Under the pieces are notes generated by a model. It was not told the DNA's origin, ran no database searches, and saw only the letters and a list, made by a program, of their open reading frames with translations. Both the position numbers and the translations under genes were made by a program. Positions 46,304 through 54,491 of a stretch of DNA of 64,000 bases are shown in pieces; the stretch's first letter is position 1, and the number at the start of each line of letters is the position of its first letter. This stretch comes from an uncultured Verrucomicrobiota bacterium (GTDB lineage Bacteria; Verrucomicrobiota; Verrucomicrobiia; Limisphaerales; J093). The DNA is taken from NCBI GenBank assembly GCA_964568145.1, contig CAZMOZ010000024.1, positions 932 to 64,931 on the forward strand, written 5' to 3'.

Positions 46304-47564
46304 GCAGCGGCGGGACGGCGTTGCCGATGAGGCGGAGTTGGTGGGTGCGGGCGACGGGGAACTCGAACCAGTCGGGGAAGCTTTGCACACGGGCCGCTTC
46401 GCGGGGCGTGAGCGAGCGGCTTTGCGTGGGGTGGATGAACATCAGCCCGTCCTTGCTCAGGTGCGCGACGATGGTGGAACAGAGCCGGTGCCGGTGCTGC
46501 CGCGTGTAGCGGTCCTTGAAATGGTCCTTCGAATAGGGCCACTCGAACTCCACACCCCGGCGCATGGCGGCGGCGGAGCTTTCGCCCTCGTTCAGCCGGG
46601 CGAAGTCGCGCAGGTCGCGGTCGCTGTGCGGGCGGGCGACGTGGGCGGTGAGCCGACGGGCGCGGTGGATTTCCAGCACCTCCTCAAGGTAGCGGCCGCC
46701 GTAGCGGGCGAGGTGGTCGCGGCGGCGTTCCAAGTCGTAGTCGGTTTCCTCTTCGCCTTCGCCAGCGGCCAGCGGGGGCAGGTCGCCGATGGCTTCCCAG
46801 AGGGTAACCGCGGGTTCGAGCGTTTCCCAGAGATCGTCGTCGGGCGCGGCGAACTGCGGCGGCATGAAACGCAGGGCGGTGAAGATGGGCAGTTCGCGCC
46901 GGGTGCCGATGATGAGCTGGCGGATGCGTTTCTGGGGCACGCCGTAGTGCCAGGCGCGGACCTCCTCGCCATGCACGCGGTAGCCCAGCGCCCGCGCCTC
47001 GGCCTGCACGCGCGTGAAGAACTCGCCCCCGGCGGCGGTCTTGATACCAAGGACGTTCTCCATGACAAATACCCGCGGCTCGAAGTAGGCCACGTAGGCG
47101 AGGAATTCCTGGTAGAGGTAGCGGCGGGGGTCTTCCTTGAGCTTCGCGCCGTGGTTGGAGCCGTCGCGCCGGCGGGCGTTCGAGAATCCCTGGCAGGGCG
47201 GCCCGCCGACGATCACGTCCACGCGCGGGGCCGCCCCCTCACCCCGGCCCTCTCCCCCGGCGGGGGAGAGGGTGCCCGCAGGGCGGGTGAGGGAGTCGTG
47301 AAGCAGGTCGTCGAGGTGTTCTGGGTGGAACTCGGTGAGGTCTTGTTCGAGGACGAGCGGGATGTGGGGCAGGTTGCGCCGGAGCACGGCGATGGCCTCC
47401 GGGTTGGAGTCAATGGCCGCCAAGGTGCGGAAGCCGGCGCGCTCCATGCCGAGGGTGAAGCCGCCGCAGCCGCAGAAGAGGTCCAGGCAGGTCAACTTCG
47501 AGGGGCTGCCGTTGCTCCGGCTGGTGCGCCAGGGCGACGCCGAGCAGGATCGGGCGCCGCTCAT
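46200..47564 (-). CDS. dcm: DNA (cytosine-5)-methyltransferase
   Basis: Motif I DLFCGCGG, motif IV GGPPCQGFS, motif VI ENV, motif VIII QKRIR, then TPREAARVQSFPDWF and motif X GNAVPP. Confidence 0.9.
   Translation of the reverse strand: MSGARSCSASPWRTSRSNGSPSKLTCLDLFCGCGGFTLGMERAGFRTLAAIDSNPEAIAVLRRNLPHIPLVLEQDLTEFHPEHLDDLLHDSLTRPAGTLSPAGGEGRGEGAAPRVDVIVGGPPCQGFSNARRRDGSNHGAKLKEDPRRYLYQEFLAYVAYFEPRVFVMENVLGIKTAAGGEFFTRVQAEARALGYRVHGEEVRAWHYGVPQKRIRQLIIGTRRELPIFTALRFMPPQFAAPDDDLWETLEPAVTLWEAIGDLPPLAAGEGEEETDYDLERRRDHLARYGGRYLEEVLEIHRARRLTAHVARPHSDRDLRDFARLNEGESSAAAMRRGVEFEWPYSKDHFKDRYTRQHRHRLCSTIVAHLSKDGLMFIHPTQSRSLTPREAARVQSFPDWFEFPVARTHQLRLIGNAVPPLLKVPQRQTVPGNRQSNRTMQAGGFHLRRFLREPR
47236..47293. 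repeat. family-C palindromic repeat embedded in frame in dcm
   Basis: ccctcaccccggccctctcccccggcgggggagagggtgcccgcagggcgggtgaggg has nested inverted repeats and encodes ...LTRPAGTLSPAGGEGRGEGAA.... The same sequence family occurs intergenically at 4662-4800 and 51360-51490. Confidence 0.7.
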
Positions 47565-47788
47565 CAGTCCACCCCCTCCACCAGCTTGGCCGTTGGGATG
47601 CCCAAGGCCCGGGCCAGGCGGACGACATTCTTGATGCCGGGGTTGCGCGTGCCGCGCTCGATGTCGCTGATGTAGGTGCGGTCGAGGTCGGCCTTTTCGG
47701 CGAGTGTCTCCTGCGTGAAGTCACGGGCTTCCCGAAGTTCGCGCACCTTCTGCCCGAAGGTGGCGAGGATCGAATCACGCTTTGGCAT
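47564..47788 (-). CDS. XRE-family HTH regulator (controller-protein-like), translationally coupled to dcm
   Basis: A 74-aa protein. FGQKVRELREARDFTQETLAEKADLDRTYISDIERGTRNP is an HTH_3 pattern. Its TGA overlaps the dcm ATG by 1 nt (TGATG). Confidence 0.85.
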   Translation of the reverse strand: MPKRDSILATFGQKVRELREARDFTQETLAEKADLDRTYISDIERGTRNPGIKNVVRLARALGIPTAKLVEGVD

Positions 47789-48132
47789 GACCGATAGAAC
47801 ACTCCCGTGTCGGCAATGAGTCTATCGGCGATGAGTGACAATGTGCGAAATCCGCACACCGGCGCCGGGATGCGCCGCCAAGGGCGGAGGCCCATTCAAG
47901 CCAGCGGCGGCGCTTGTTCTCCGGTGGTTTGTCTTCCACAGGCCCGGACCGGGATGTGCTGATTCAGTACTGCCCGCCGTGGTCGCAATGGAGCCGCGAC
48001 CCGGCTGTGTTGCTGGGGCGAGGCAGGTCGGCGCACGCCGGAACGGTGGCTGCGCCGGTGGCGGCGTCGGCTGGCTTGCCCGAGCCGGATTCGCGCCGCG
48101 GACTCACGTCCGCAGCCACGGAAGCTTTGGAG

Positions 48133-48234
48133 GGCCGAAGGCCGAAATCGGAAGTTCCAAGTCCCAAGTTCAAAGTCGAAAGTCGAAAGTCGAAGGTCGA
48201 AGGTCGAAAGCCGGCATCTGGCATCTGCCATCCG
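48133..48234. repeat. concatenated heptanucleotide tandem arrays
   Basis: Units read ccaagt-type x3, then gtcgaaa gtcgaaa gtcgaag gtcgaag gtcgaaa, then ggcatct ggcatct gccatcc. Confidence 0.75.
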
Positions 48235-48257
48235 CGCCCCACCACGCGGCGACGCCC

Positions 48258-49685
48258 TTACCCGCCGTTCTTTTCCGCCGCGAGGAGCTTGCGCCAGCGG
48301 GCCAGTTGGCGGCGCACCTGGCGCGGACCGGGCGCGCCCACCCGCTCGCGGCGGCGCATCGCGCGGTCCAGATCGAACAGCTCGAGCGCGTCCGCCTCGA
48401 AGCGGCACTGGATGGCCTGGAGCTCGGCCAGGGTCAGTTCGTTCAGGCGCTTGCCGGCCTTTTCCGCGGCGGCCACGGCCAGGCCCACCGCGTGGTGCGC
48501 CTGCCGGAACGGCACGCCGCGCCGCACCAGGTAGTCCGCGAGGTCCGTGGCCAGCAGGGCGGGGTCGGCGGCGGCGGCGGCGCAGGCGGCGGCGTTCACC
48601 GTGGTGTGCGCCAGCATGGCGGCGGTGACCTCCACGCAGGCGCGCACGGTGTCGGCGGTGTCGAAGAGCCGCTCCTTGTCCTCCTGCAGGTCGCGGTTGT
48701 AGGTGAGCGGGAGTCCTTTGAGCAGCGCGAGCAGCGCCGCGAGGTTGCCGATCACCCGGCCGGACTTGCCGCGGGTGAGCTCGGCCACGTCGGGGTTGCG
48801 TTTTTGCGGCAGGAGCGACGAGCCGGTGGTGAAGGCGTCGGCGAGGCGGATGAAGCCGAATTCGGCGCTGGACCACAGCACCAGGTCCTCGGCCAGACGC
48901 GACAGGTGAACGGCAATCAACGCCGCCGCCGCGCAGAATTCGACGACGAAGTCGCGGTCGCTGACGGCGTCCATCGAGTTCTGGCAGACGCGCGGGCGGC
49001 CTTGCTGGTCCACAAAGCCGAGCAGCGTGGCGACCAGTTCGCGGTCGAGCGGCAGGGTGCTGCCGGCCAGGGCGCCGGCGCCCAGCGGGCAGACGTTTAC
49101 GCGGTCGAAGCAGTCCGCCAGGCGGGCGCGGTCGCGCGCGAACATCTCCACGTAGGCCAGCAGGTGGTGGGCGAACGACACCGGCTGGGCGCGCTGCAAG
49201 TGCGTGTAGCCGGGCAGCAGCACCGCGGCGTGGCGCCCGCCGAGGTCCACGAGGACGGTCTGCAAGCGCCGCAGCGCGGTCCGCAACGCGCCGAGTTCGT
49301 CGCGCACCCACAGGCGCAGGTCGAGCGCGACCTGGTCGTTGCGCGAGCGGCCGGTGTGGAGCTTGGCGCCGGCGGGCACGCGGCGGGTGAGTTCCGCCTC
49401 GAGGTTCATGTGCACGTCCTCGAGTTCGGGGCGCCACACGAACCGGCCGGCGGCGATGTCCCGGCCGATGGCCTCGAGGCCGGCCACGATCGCCTTGTGC
49501 TCGGCGGGGGTGAGGACGCCGATCTTGCTGAGCATCGTGGCGTGGACCATCGAGCCCAGGATGTCGTGCTTCCACAGGCGCCAGTCGAAGCTCACCGACT
49601 CGGTGAAGGCGGCGACGGCGGCGGCGGGGGCGTCCGCGAACCGGCCGGAGCGGGCCGGGGGCGAGGTTGTTTTCTTCATTGGCAA
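48258..49685 (-). CDS. argH: argininosuccinate lyase
   Basis: [16 protein letters not shown]....L and [14 protein letters not shown] match the fumarate-lyase signature region. The length is 475 aa. Confidence 0.95.
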   Translation of the reverse strand: MPMKKTTSPPARSGRFADAPAAAVAAFTESVSFDWRLWKHDILGSMVHATMLSKIGVLTPAEHKAIVAGLEAIGRDIAAGRFVWRPELEDVHMNLEAELTRRVPAGAKLHTGRSRNDQVALDLRLWVRDELGALRTALRRLQTVLVDLGGRHAAVLLPGYTHLQRAQPVSFAHHLLAYVEMFARDRARLADCFDRVNVCPLGAGALAGSTLPLDRELVATLLGFVDQQGRPRVCQNSMDAVSDRDFVVEFCAAAALIAVHLSRLAEDLVLWSSAEFGFIRLADAFTTGSSLLPQKRNPDVAELTRGKSGRVIGNLAALLALLKGLPLTYNRDLQEDKERLFDTADTVRACVEVTAAMLAHTTVNAAACAAAAADPALLATDLADYLVRRGVPFRQAHHAVGLAVAAAEKAGKRLNELTLAELQAIQCRFEADALELFDLDRAMRRRERVGAPGPRQVRRQLARWRKLLAAEKNGG

Positions 49686-49752
49686 AGGCGCGGACTCTGG
49701 GGTGCCGGCGGCGAAAAGTCACGCGCGTTGGGGCGGGGGTGGGGGGCTGAAG

Positions 49753-49880
49753 GCCCAAGTTCCAGGTTCAAAATTCCAGGTTCAAAGTCCCAAGTCGAAG
49801 GTCGAAGTCCGAAATTTCAAGGCCGGCATCTGGCATCCGCACTCCTCCAACCCAGAACCCAGCACCCAGAGCCCAATCAA
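49753..49880. repeat. concatenated heptanucleotide tandem arrays
   Basis: Units read ccaagtt ccaggtt caaaatt ccaggtt caaagtc ccaagtc gaaggtc gaagtcc, then ggcatct ggcatcc, then cccagaa cccagca cccagag. The orientation and module order match 48133-48234. Confidence 0.75.
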
Positions 49881-49971
49881 CAGTGCTCGACGGAGTCTCA
49901 TCCCACCGGCATGGGGTCCAAGGTCTGGGGCTCCGGCTTTCCGGCTTTCCCAATTTCACAACCCGTAAGCC

Positions 49972-50035
49972 GCAGGTTGCCGTGGCGCAGCGCGTCCCGC
50001 CTGCTTGACTTTGGGTTTCGGCTTCAGGCCTTGAG
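49972..50035. repeat. family-A hairpin repeat element (overlaps the 3' end of the next CDS)
   Basis: cccgtaagccgcaggttgccgtggcgcagcgcgtcccgcctgcttgactttgggtttcggcttcagg. Confidence 0.6.
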
Positions 50036-51127
50036 GCCCAAGCCGATGACTTCCTTGCAGTACTTGAGGCTCCGCTCGAGTTCGGCCTTCTGGTATTCGC
50101 GTTCGGCTTGCTGGCGGTCCTGGCCGTCAGCGGGCTTGAAGGTCGGGATGGCGCGGCCCTTTCGGGCCAGGGCGAGGAACTTCGCGAAGTCGGCGGCGCG
50201 CGCCTTCGGCCACACGTCCCAGAACCCGGGCTTGAGGTACGGGAACTCGATGTTGAAGCCGGAGATGATCTCCGCATGCACGGCCACGCCGGGGCACAGT
50301 TCGGCCAGCGCGGCAAAGAAGGCCTTCGCGTCCGTGCAGCCCTCGCCGATGGCGGTCCACGCCACGCGCGCGCCGTCCTCGGTCTCCCAGATCATCGAGT
50401 CGCGGATGTGCGTGCAGGCCACGTACGGGGCGAGCTTGGCGAGGCTGTCCACCGGGTCTTCGAGCGTCCAGGTGACGTTGCCGGAGTCGAAGGTGACGCC
50501 CACGTAGTCCTTGCCCGCGGCCTCGACGAGTGTGATCAATTCCCAGGCCTGCATGTCGCCGGCGTGGTTTTCGATGGCGATCTTCACGCCGGCGTCCAAC
50601 GCCTGGCTGCGCGCGGCGCGGCAGATCTTCACGGTGTCCTCGATCCGCTTTTCGATGCCGCCGTCGGTCTTGCGGTCCTCGCGGGTGCCGAGCACGCAGC
50701 GGAACACCGGCGAGCCCAGCGCCTTCGCCAGCCGGAGGCCCAGGCGCAGGTGCTCCTCGGCGGTGCCGTAGTTGTTGCGAAACGCCTTCGAGGTGGGGCA
50801 GATGCTCCAGGAGCCGAGCAGCAGGTCCACGCCTCGGTCCCGCGCGCGCGCCTTCACCTCGGCCAGGTAGGCGTCGTCGAACTTCTCGAGCGCGTCGAGG
50901 TTGGTGATGAACAGCGAGTCGAGCTGCTGCGCGGCGGCGTAGTCAATGAGTTGCGGCGCCTTCCAGCCGAAGGCGCGGAGCGAGAAGTTGTCGAAGCCCA
51001 GCTTGGTCTTGCGCGGGGCGCCCTGGGCCAGCGCCGGCAAACCGGCGGCGGCGAGGGCGGCGCCGGCCACGGCGGTGGTCTTCAGAAAGTCGCGGCGATT
51101 GGGGGCGAAACGGGTGCTCATGTTCAT
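50024..51127 (-). CDS. sugar phosphate isomerase/epimerase (xylose-isomerase-like TIM barrel) with Tat signal
   Basis: Start at ATG 51127 (MNMSTRFAPNRRDFLKTTAVAGAALAAAGLPALAQG). IAIENHAG and TFDSGN motifs are present. The ORF extension to 51271 is repeat sequence. Confidence 0.8.
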   Translation of the reverse strand: MNMSTRFAPNRRDFLKTTAVAGAALAAAGLPALAQGAPRKTKLGFDNFSLRAFGWKAPQLIDYAAAQQLDSLFITNLDALEKFDDAYLAEVKARARDRGVDLLLGSWSICPTSKAFRNNYGTAEEHLRLGLRLAKALGSPVFRCVLGTREDRKTDGGIEKRIEDTVKICRAARSQALDAGVKIAIENHAGDMQAWELITLVEAAGKDYVGVTFDSGNVTWTLEDPVDSLAKLAPYVACTHIRDSMIWETEDGARVAWTAIGEGCTDAKAFFAALAELCPGVAVHAEIISGFNIEFPYLKPGFWDVWPKARAADFAKFLALARKGRAIPTFKPADGQDRQQAEREYQKAELERSLKYCKEVIGLGLKA

Positions 51128-51189
51128 GCGGCAACGGCGGAACGTTGTCGCAGGAACCGGCGCCGAAGCAAGCCGGTTTGGCACTTGGC

Positions 51190-51500
51190 ACCCCGGCGGG
51201 ATGCATTCCGGTTTCATGCAGGGCGTTCGTGGGACTGGGTTGGTGTGGTTGGGAACTTGCTGAACTCCCACGGCTCACCAGCGGAACCCGAAAACCGAAG
51301 CTGGCCGTGGCGCAGTGCGTCCCGCCTGCCCAACTTTGATTTTCGGGCTCAGCGGCACCCCCGTTCCCCTCACCCCGGCCCTCTCCCAGCGGGAGAGGGA
51401 GGACCGTCATCCGCGCTGGGTTGACCGAAGGCGCCGGGGTGCGCGCGCCGGGTCTGGGAATCTGCCCTCTCCCCGAGGCAGAAGGTCAGGCTCTCAACGT
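51190..51500. repeat. family-C composite repeat with a family-A hairpin (51285-51349) nested inside
   Basis: Collinear with 4555-4890 except for the inserted family-A unit, which is flanked on both sides by cagcgg. Confidence 0.6.
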
Positions 51501-51577
51501 CCCGAGTGCATCTGGGGGCCCTGGTGGTGCAGGCGTCCCCGCTTGCGGCAGCCGCGCGGGCGACCCATCCGGAGCCG

Positions 51578-52132
51578 TCACGGCTGGCGGCGGAGCCACC
51601 AGGCGAAGCCGGCCAGACCCAGCGCCGCCAGCCCGGCCCCTTGACCGGGTTCGGGCACGAGGATGACGTTGTCCAGGTGCGCGGTCTCCACCACGCCGTT
51701 CTGAAATTCGCCGATGATGTACAGCGCCGTCAGCGAGCCCAGCACAGCCTGGAACTCGGCCGGTGAAGTTTCGGCGCCGGTGGGCGTGTTCTTGCGCCAG
51801 CCGGATTCGGTGAACACCACGCTGAAGGTCCGCCAGTCCGGACCGGGATTCAGGCCGGCCTCGCGCACCACGGTTTGCCCGCCGCCCACGAGCACCAGGT
51901 CCACGCCCTCCTCGAAGTCGAAAATCCCCTCGAGCCGCAGATCGAACTGGAGCGCGTTCCCGTACGCGGCCGACTGATCGCCAAGGAACTTCGCCGGCGC
52001 GGCGAAGAAAAACGAGTTGATCGAGGGATCGGTGGCCGAGATGTGCCCGCCCGGATTGCCCCCGGCCGCGTGGTACGTAACCGCGAGCGTGGCCAGCGGC
52101 GGGTCGTAAGGACCAAACGACGCGAGGTCCAC
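51578..52132 (-). CDS. PEP-CTERM-anchored protein (5' end unresolved)
   Basis: The C-terminus LVPEPGQGAGLAALGLAGFAWWLRRQP is a PEP-CTERM signal. The frame stays open upstream to ~52297 and encodes a signal-like ALLALACATTLETRAALA, but the only ATG (52262) is in another frame. Confidence 0.6.
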   Translation of the reverse strand: MDLASFGPYDPPLATLAVTYHAAGGNPGGHISATDPSINSFFFAAPAKFLGDQSAAYGNALQFDLRLEGIFDFEEGVDLVLVGGGQTVVREAGLNPGPDWRTFSVVFTESGWRKNTPTGAETSPAEFQAVLGSLTALYIIGEFQNGVVETAHLDNVILVPEPGQGAGLAALGLAGFAWWLRRQP

Positions 52133-52359
52133 AAACGTCCAGCCGTCGGCGTCGGCGTCGAACGTGCTGACGGCCAGTGCGGCCCGGGTCTCGAGGGTGG
52201 TGGCGCAGGCGAGGGCCAGCAGGGCGGCCGGCCCGGCGCGGAAGCAGCGAGGTGAGGCGCATGGCGCGAGGGGTTGAATGGTTCGTTGGTTTCCCGATCA
52301 AGTTTCGCCGGGAAAGTAGCCGACCAACCGGCGGATTCAAACCGGCCGCCGCCCCGGCT

Positions 52360-53469
52360 TCAAAACGGCACCGTGATGTACAGCGCGCCAAAACGCGTGG
52401 CGCGCTGCTGGCCCTCGAATTCTTTGCCCCAGCACACGTACGAGCCGGTCACCTCGAACCAGCGCGTCCAGACCGAAAGCCCGACCTCGCCCGCCAGGAA
52501 GAACGGCTTCTTGTCCACGCGGGGGCTGTCCTCGAAGGTGCTGCCGTCCAGGCTCAGGTTGCGGGCCACGGCCACGCCGCTGCCGCTGGCGAAGAGGTAG
52601 ATGCCCCACCGGGGCGGGCTTTCCCCACCGCCCGCGGACAAGCCGTTGGGCAGCGTGCCGAGGCCACGCATGAGCGTGGTGCCGAAATCGTCGGGCAGAT
52701 GGTAGCCGAACCGCATCTGCGCGCCGGCCTGGGCCTGGATGAGCACGTTGCCCAGCATGGCGCCGAACACGGGCAGGACTTCCACACCCCACTCCGAGTC
52801 CGCGGGCAGCAGCGCGTAGCGGCGCCGGTGCTCGTACACCAGATTGAAGATCGGTTCGTTGTCGAGCTGGTACGCCCAGCCCTGGGCCTGCTGGTTGCCG
52901 ATCAGTTCGTGAAACCACGCCTGGACTTCGTCCGCCTGCGATGCCGGGCCCACCACGCCGGTCACGAATTTCAGGCCGTGAAACAGGTTGCCTTTGCGCA
53001 TCTGCGTGGAGAGGCCGAAGGCTAGCATGCCCACATAAGGCCGGTCCTCGGGGTCCGGGACGGGCCGGCTCGTGTCCATCGGCGTGATCATGATCTGGCC
53101 CACGTCGTAACTGCTGTACAACGTGTGGTCCTCGGCGCCGAACCAGCCCCAGAGGCCGCCCAGCCAGCCTTTCCCGGAATGAGTGTAGGCGAGCGAAATG
53201 CCGTTCGAGTAGTTCTCGTCGGTCTCGGCCAGGGCGTCGTTCTCCCAGCGCAACGACACGGCGCGCGCGGCCGGCAGCCGGGCCAAAGCCCGCAGCGTGT
53301 CGGCGGGCGGCTGGGCGGCCAGCGCGCGCACCACCACCGCCGCCGCCAACCAGGCGGTCAGGTAAACCCGATCGGCGCCGCGACCGGGCCTTGGCAGGTG
53401 GCGGACGCCGGATCGGGACACGTAGGGCACGCAAGACAGCGCGCCCCTCAAGAGCGATTGTCTCGTCAT
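52360..53469 (-). CDS. LpxR-family (DUF2219) outer-membrane lipid A deacylase-like protein
   Basis: WENDALAETDENYSNGISLAY matches the WxNDxxxxxDxxYTnG family motif. The pattern is beta-barrel-like with a C-terminal aromatic residue (TVPF). Confidence 0.65.
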   Translation of the reverse strand: MTRQSLLRGALSCVPYVSRSGVRHLPRPGRGADRVYLTAWLAAAVVVRALAAQPPADTLRALARLPAARAVSLRWENDALAETDENYSNGISLAYTHSGKGWLGGLWGWFGAEDHTLYSSYDVGQIMITPMDTSRPVPDPEDRPYVGMLAFGLSTQMRKGNLFHGLKFVTGVVGPASQADEVQAWFHELIGNQQAQGWAYQLDNEPIFNLVYEHRRRYALLPADSEWGVEVLPVFGAMLGNVLIQAQAGAQMRFGYHLPDDFGTTLMRGLGTLPNGLSAGGGESPPRWGIYLFASGSGVAVARNLSLDGSTFEDSPRVDKKPFFLAGEVGLSVWTRWFEVTGSYVCWGKEFEGQQRATRFGALYITVPF

Positions 53470-53618
53470 ACCGGGCGGCGACTTCGAGCAGCCGGCATCG
53501 CCGGGGAAAACCCACGACCACGGCCAGCCGGCTGCTGGCTTCCGAGCCCGGCGACTGGCGGAAGGTTACACGCGAGGCGCGGGACCGCAAAAAGCAGCCG
53601 GCTCTGGAACGCCAGGCG

Positions 53619-54491
53619 TTATGCGGAGGCAACCGTCGCGGGCGGGGAGACGGGCGGCCGGCCAGAATGGTCGTGGGGTTCGCCCTGCGCGTGCCCGAAC
53701 CGGATGATGAGCAGCGCAACCGCCAGGCCGGCCAGCAGGGCAACCGTGAGCACGATGCGGTCGTGCCGGTGGAACTGGAGTTCGGGCAGCAGGTCGGCGC
53801 AGGCGATGGACAGGAACGTGCCGGCGCAGAAGGCCAGCGCCGCGCCCAGCCAGGCCGCGTGCTGGACTTCGACGAACCCCACGCCGAGGAAGAACAGCAA
53901 CGCGCCGACCGGCGTGACCAGCGCGAAGGCCACGTTCACGAGGTGGCGCATTTTGCGCGGGCTGCCACCCGCCGTCATCAGCGTGGTGATGGCCAGGGCG
54001 CTGAACGGCTTGTGCAGGATCACGGCCAGCGCGGTGCCCAGCCCGAGCGCGCCGCTCTCGCTGTGTTCGCCCGAGGCCACGGCGGCGGCCATGGCCACGC
54101 CGTCGAAGATCGAGTGCAGCGAGAGCCCCAGCGCCACGCCCAGCCAGCTCAGCGTGCGGGCGGAGCGTTCGGCCAGCGAATGCGTGTGGCCGCACGGCTC
54201 CAGCGGGCTGCCTTCGGCCACGTCGTGGTGGTGGAACGGCAGGAAGCGTTGCAGAAAAAACAGGGTTAGAAACCCGCCCAGCAGCCAGGCTGCGCCGCGC
54301 TCGGTCGAGTCGCCCAGCAGATGGGTGCCATGCGGCAGCAGCCCCAGCACCGCCAGGCCCAGCATCAGCCCCGCGACGAAGCTGATGGCCGCCTGCAGGC
54401 GGGGGTGGGTGAGCTTGATGAGCGTGGGCAGGGCGCCGCCCGCCAGGGCGGCCACAAACGCCAGACCGCAGTAAAGCCAGAGCGTGGTCAC
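53619..54491 (-). CDS. ZIP-family divalent metal transporter
   Basis: About eight TM segments, a His-rich loop FHHHDVAEG...CGHTH, and the conserved HSIFDGVAMA / ILHKPFSA motifs. Confidence 0.8.
   Translation of the reverse strand: MTTLWLYCGLAFVAALAGGALPTLIKLTHPRLQAAISFVAGLMLGLAVLGLLPHGTHLLGDSTERGAAWLLGGFLTLFFLQRFLPFHHHDVAEGSPLEPCGHTHSLAERSARTLSWLGVALGLSLHSIFDGVAMAAAVASGEHSESGALGLGTALAVILHKPFSALAITTLMTAGGSPRKMRHLVNVAFALVTPVGALLFFLGVGFVEVQHAAWLGAALAFCAGTFLSIACADLLPELQFHRHDRIVLTVALLAGLAVALLIIRFGHAQGEPHDHSGRPPVSPPATVASA

Noticed and set aside
47789-48257. A hidden restriction endonuclease partner for dcm upstream of the controller gene
   Set aside because: ORFs there (for example 47914-48534) are shadow frames running through the heptamer arrays into argH. 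No nuclease motif or plausible start is present.
38632-48257. Prophage or integrative element interpretation of the island
   Set aside because: There is no integrase, recombinase, transposase, phage structural gene, or att-like direct repeat of a tRNA end at the borders.
47835-50507. 890-aa + ORF and 620-aa - ORF (47896-49758) covering argH and its flanks
   Set aside because: Both are alternative frames of the argH region and run straight through heptamer arrays. The argH frame (48258-49685) has the diagnostic lyase motifs.
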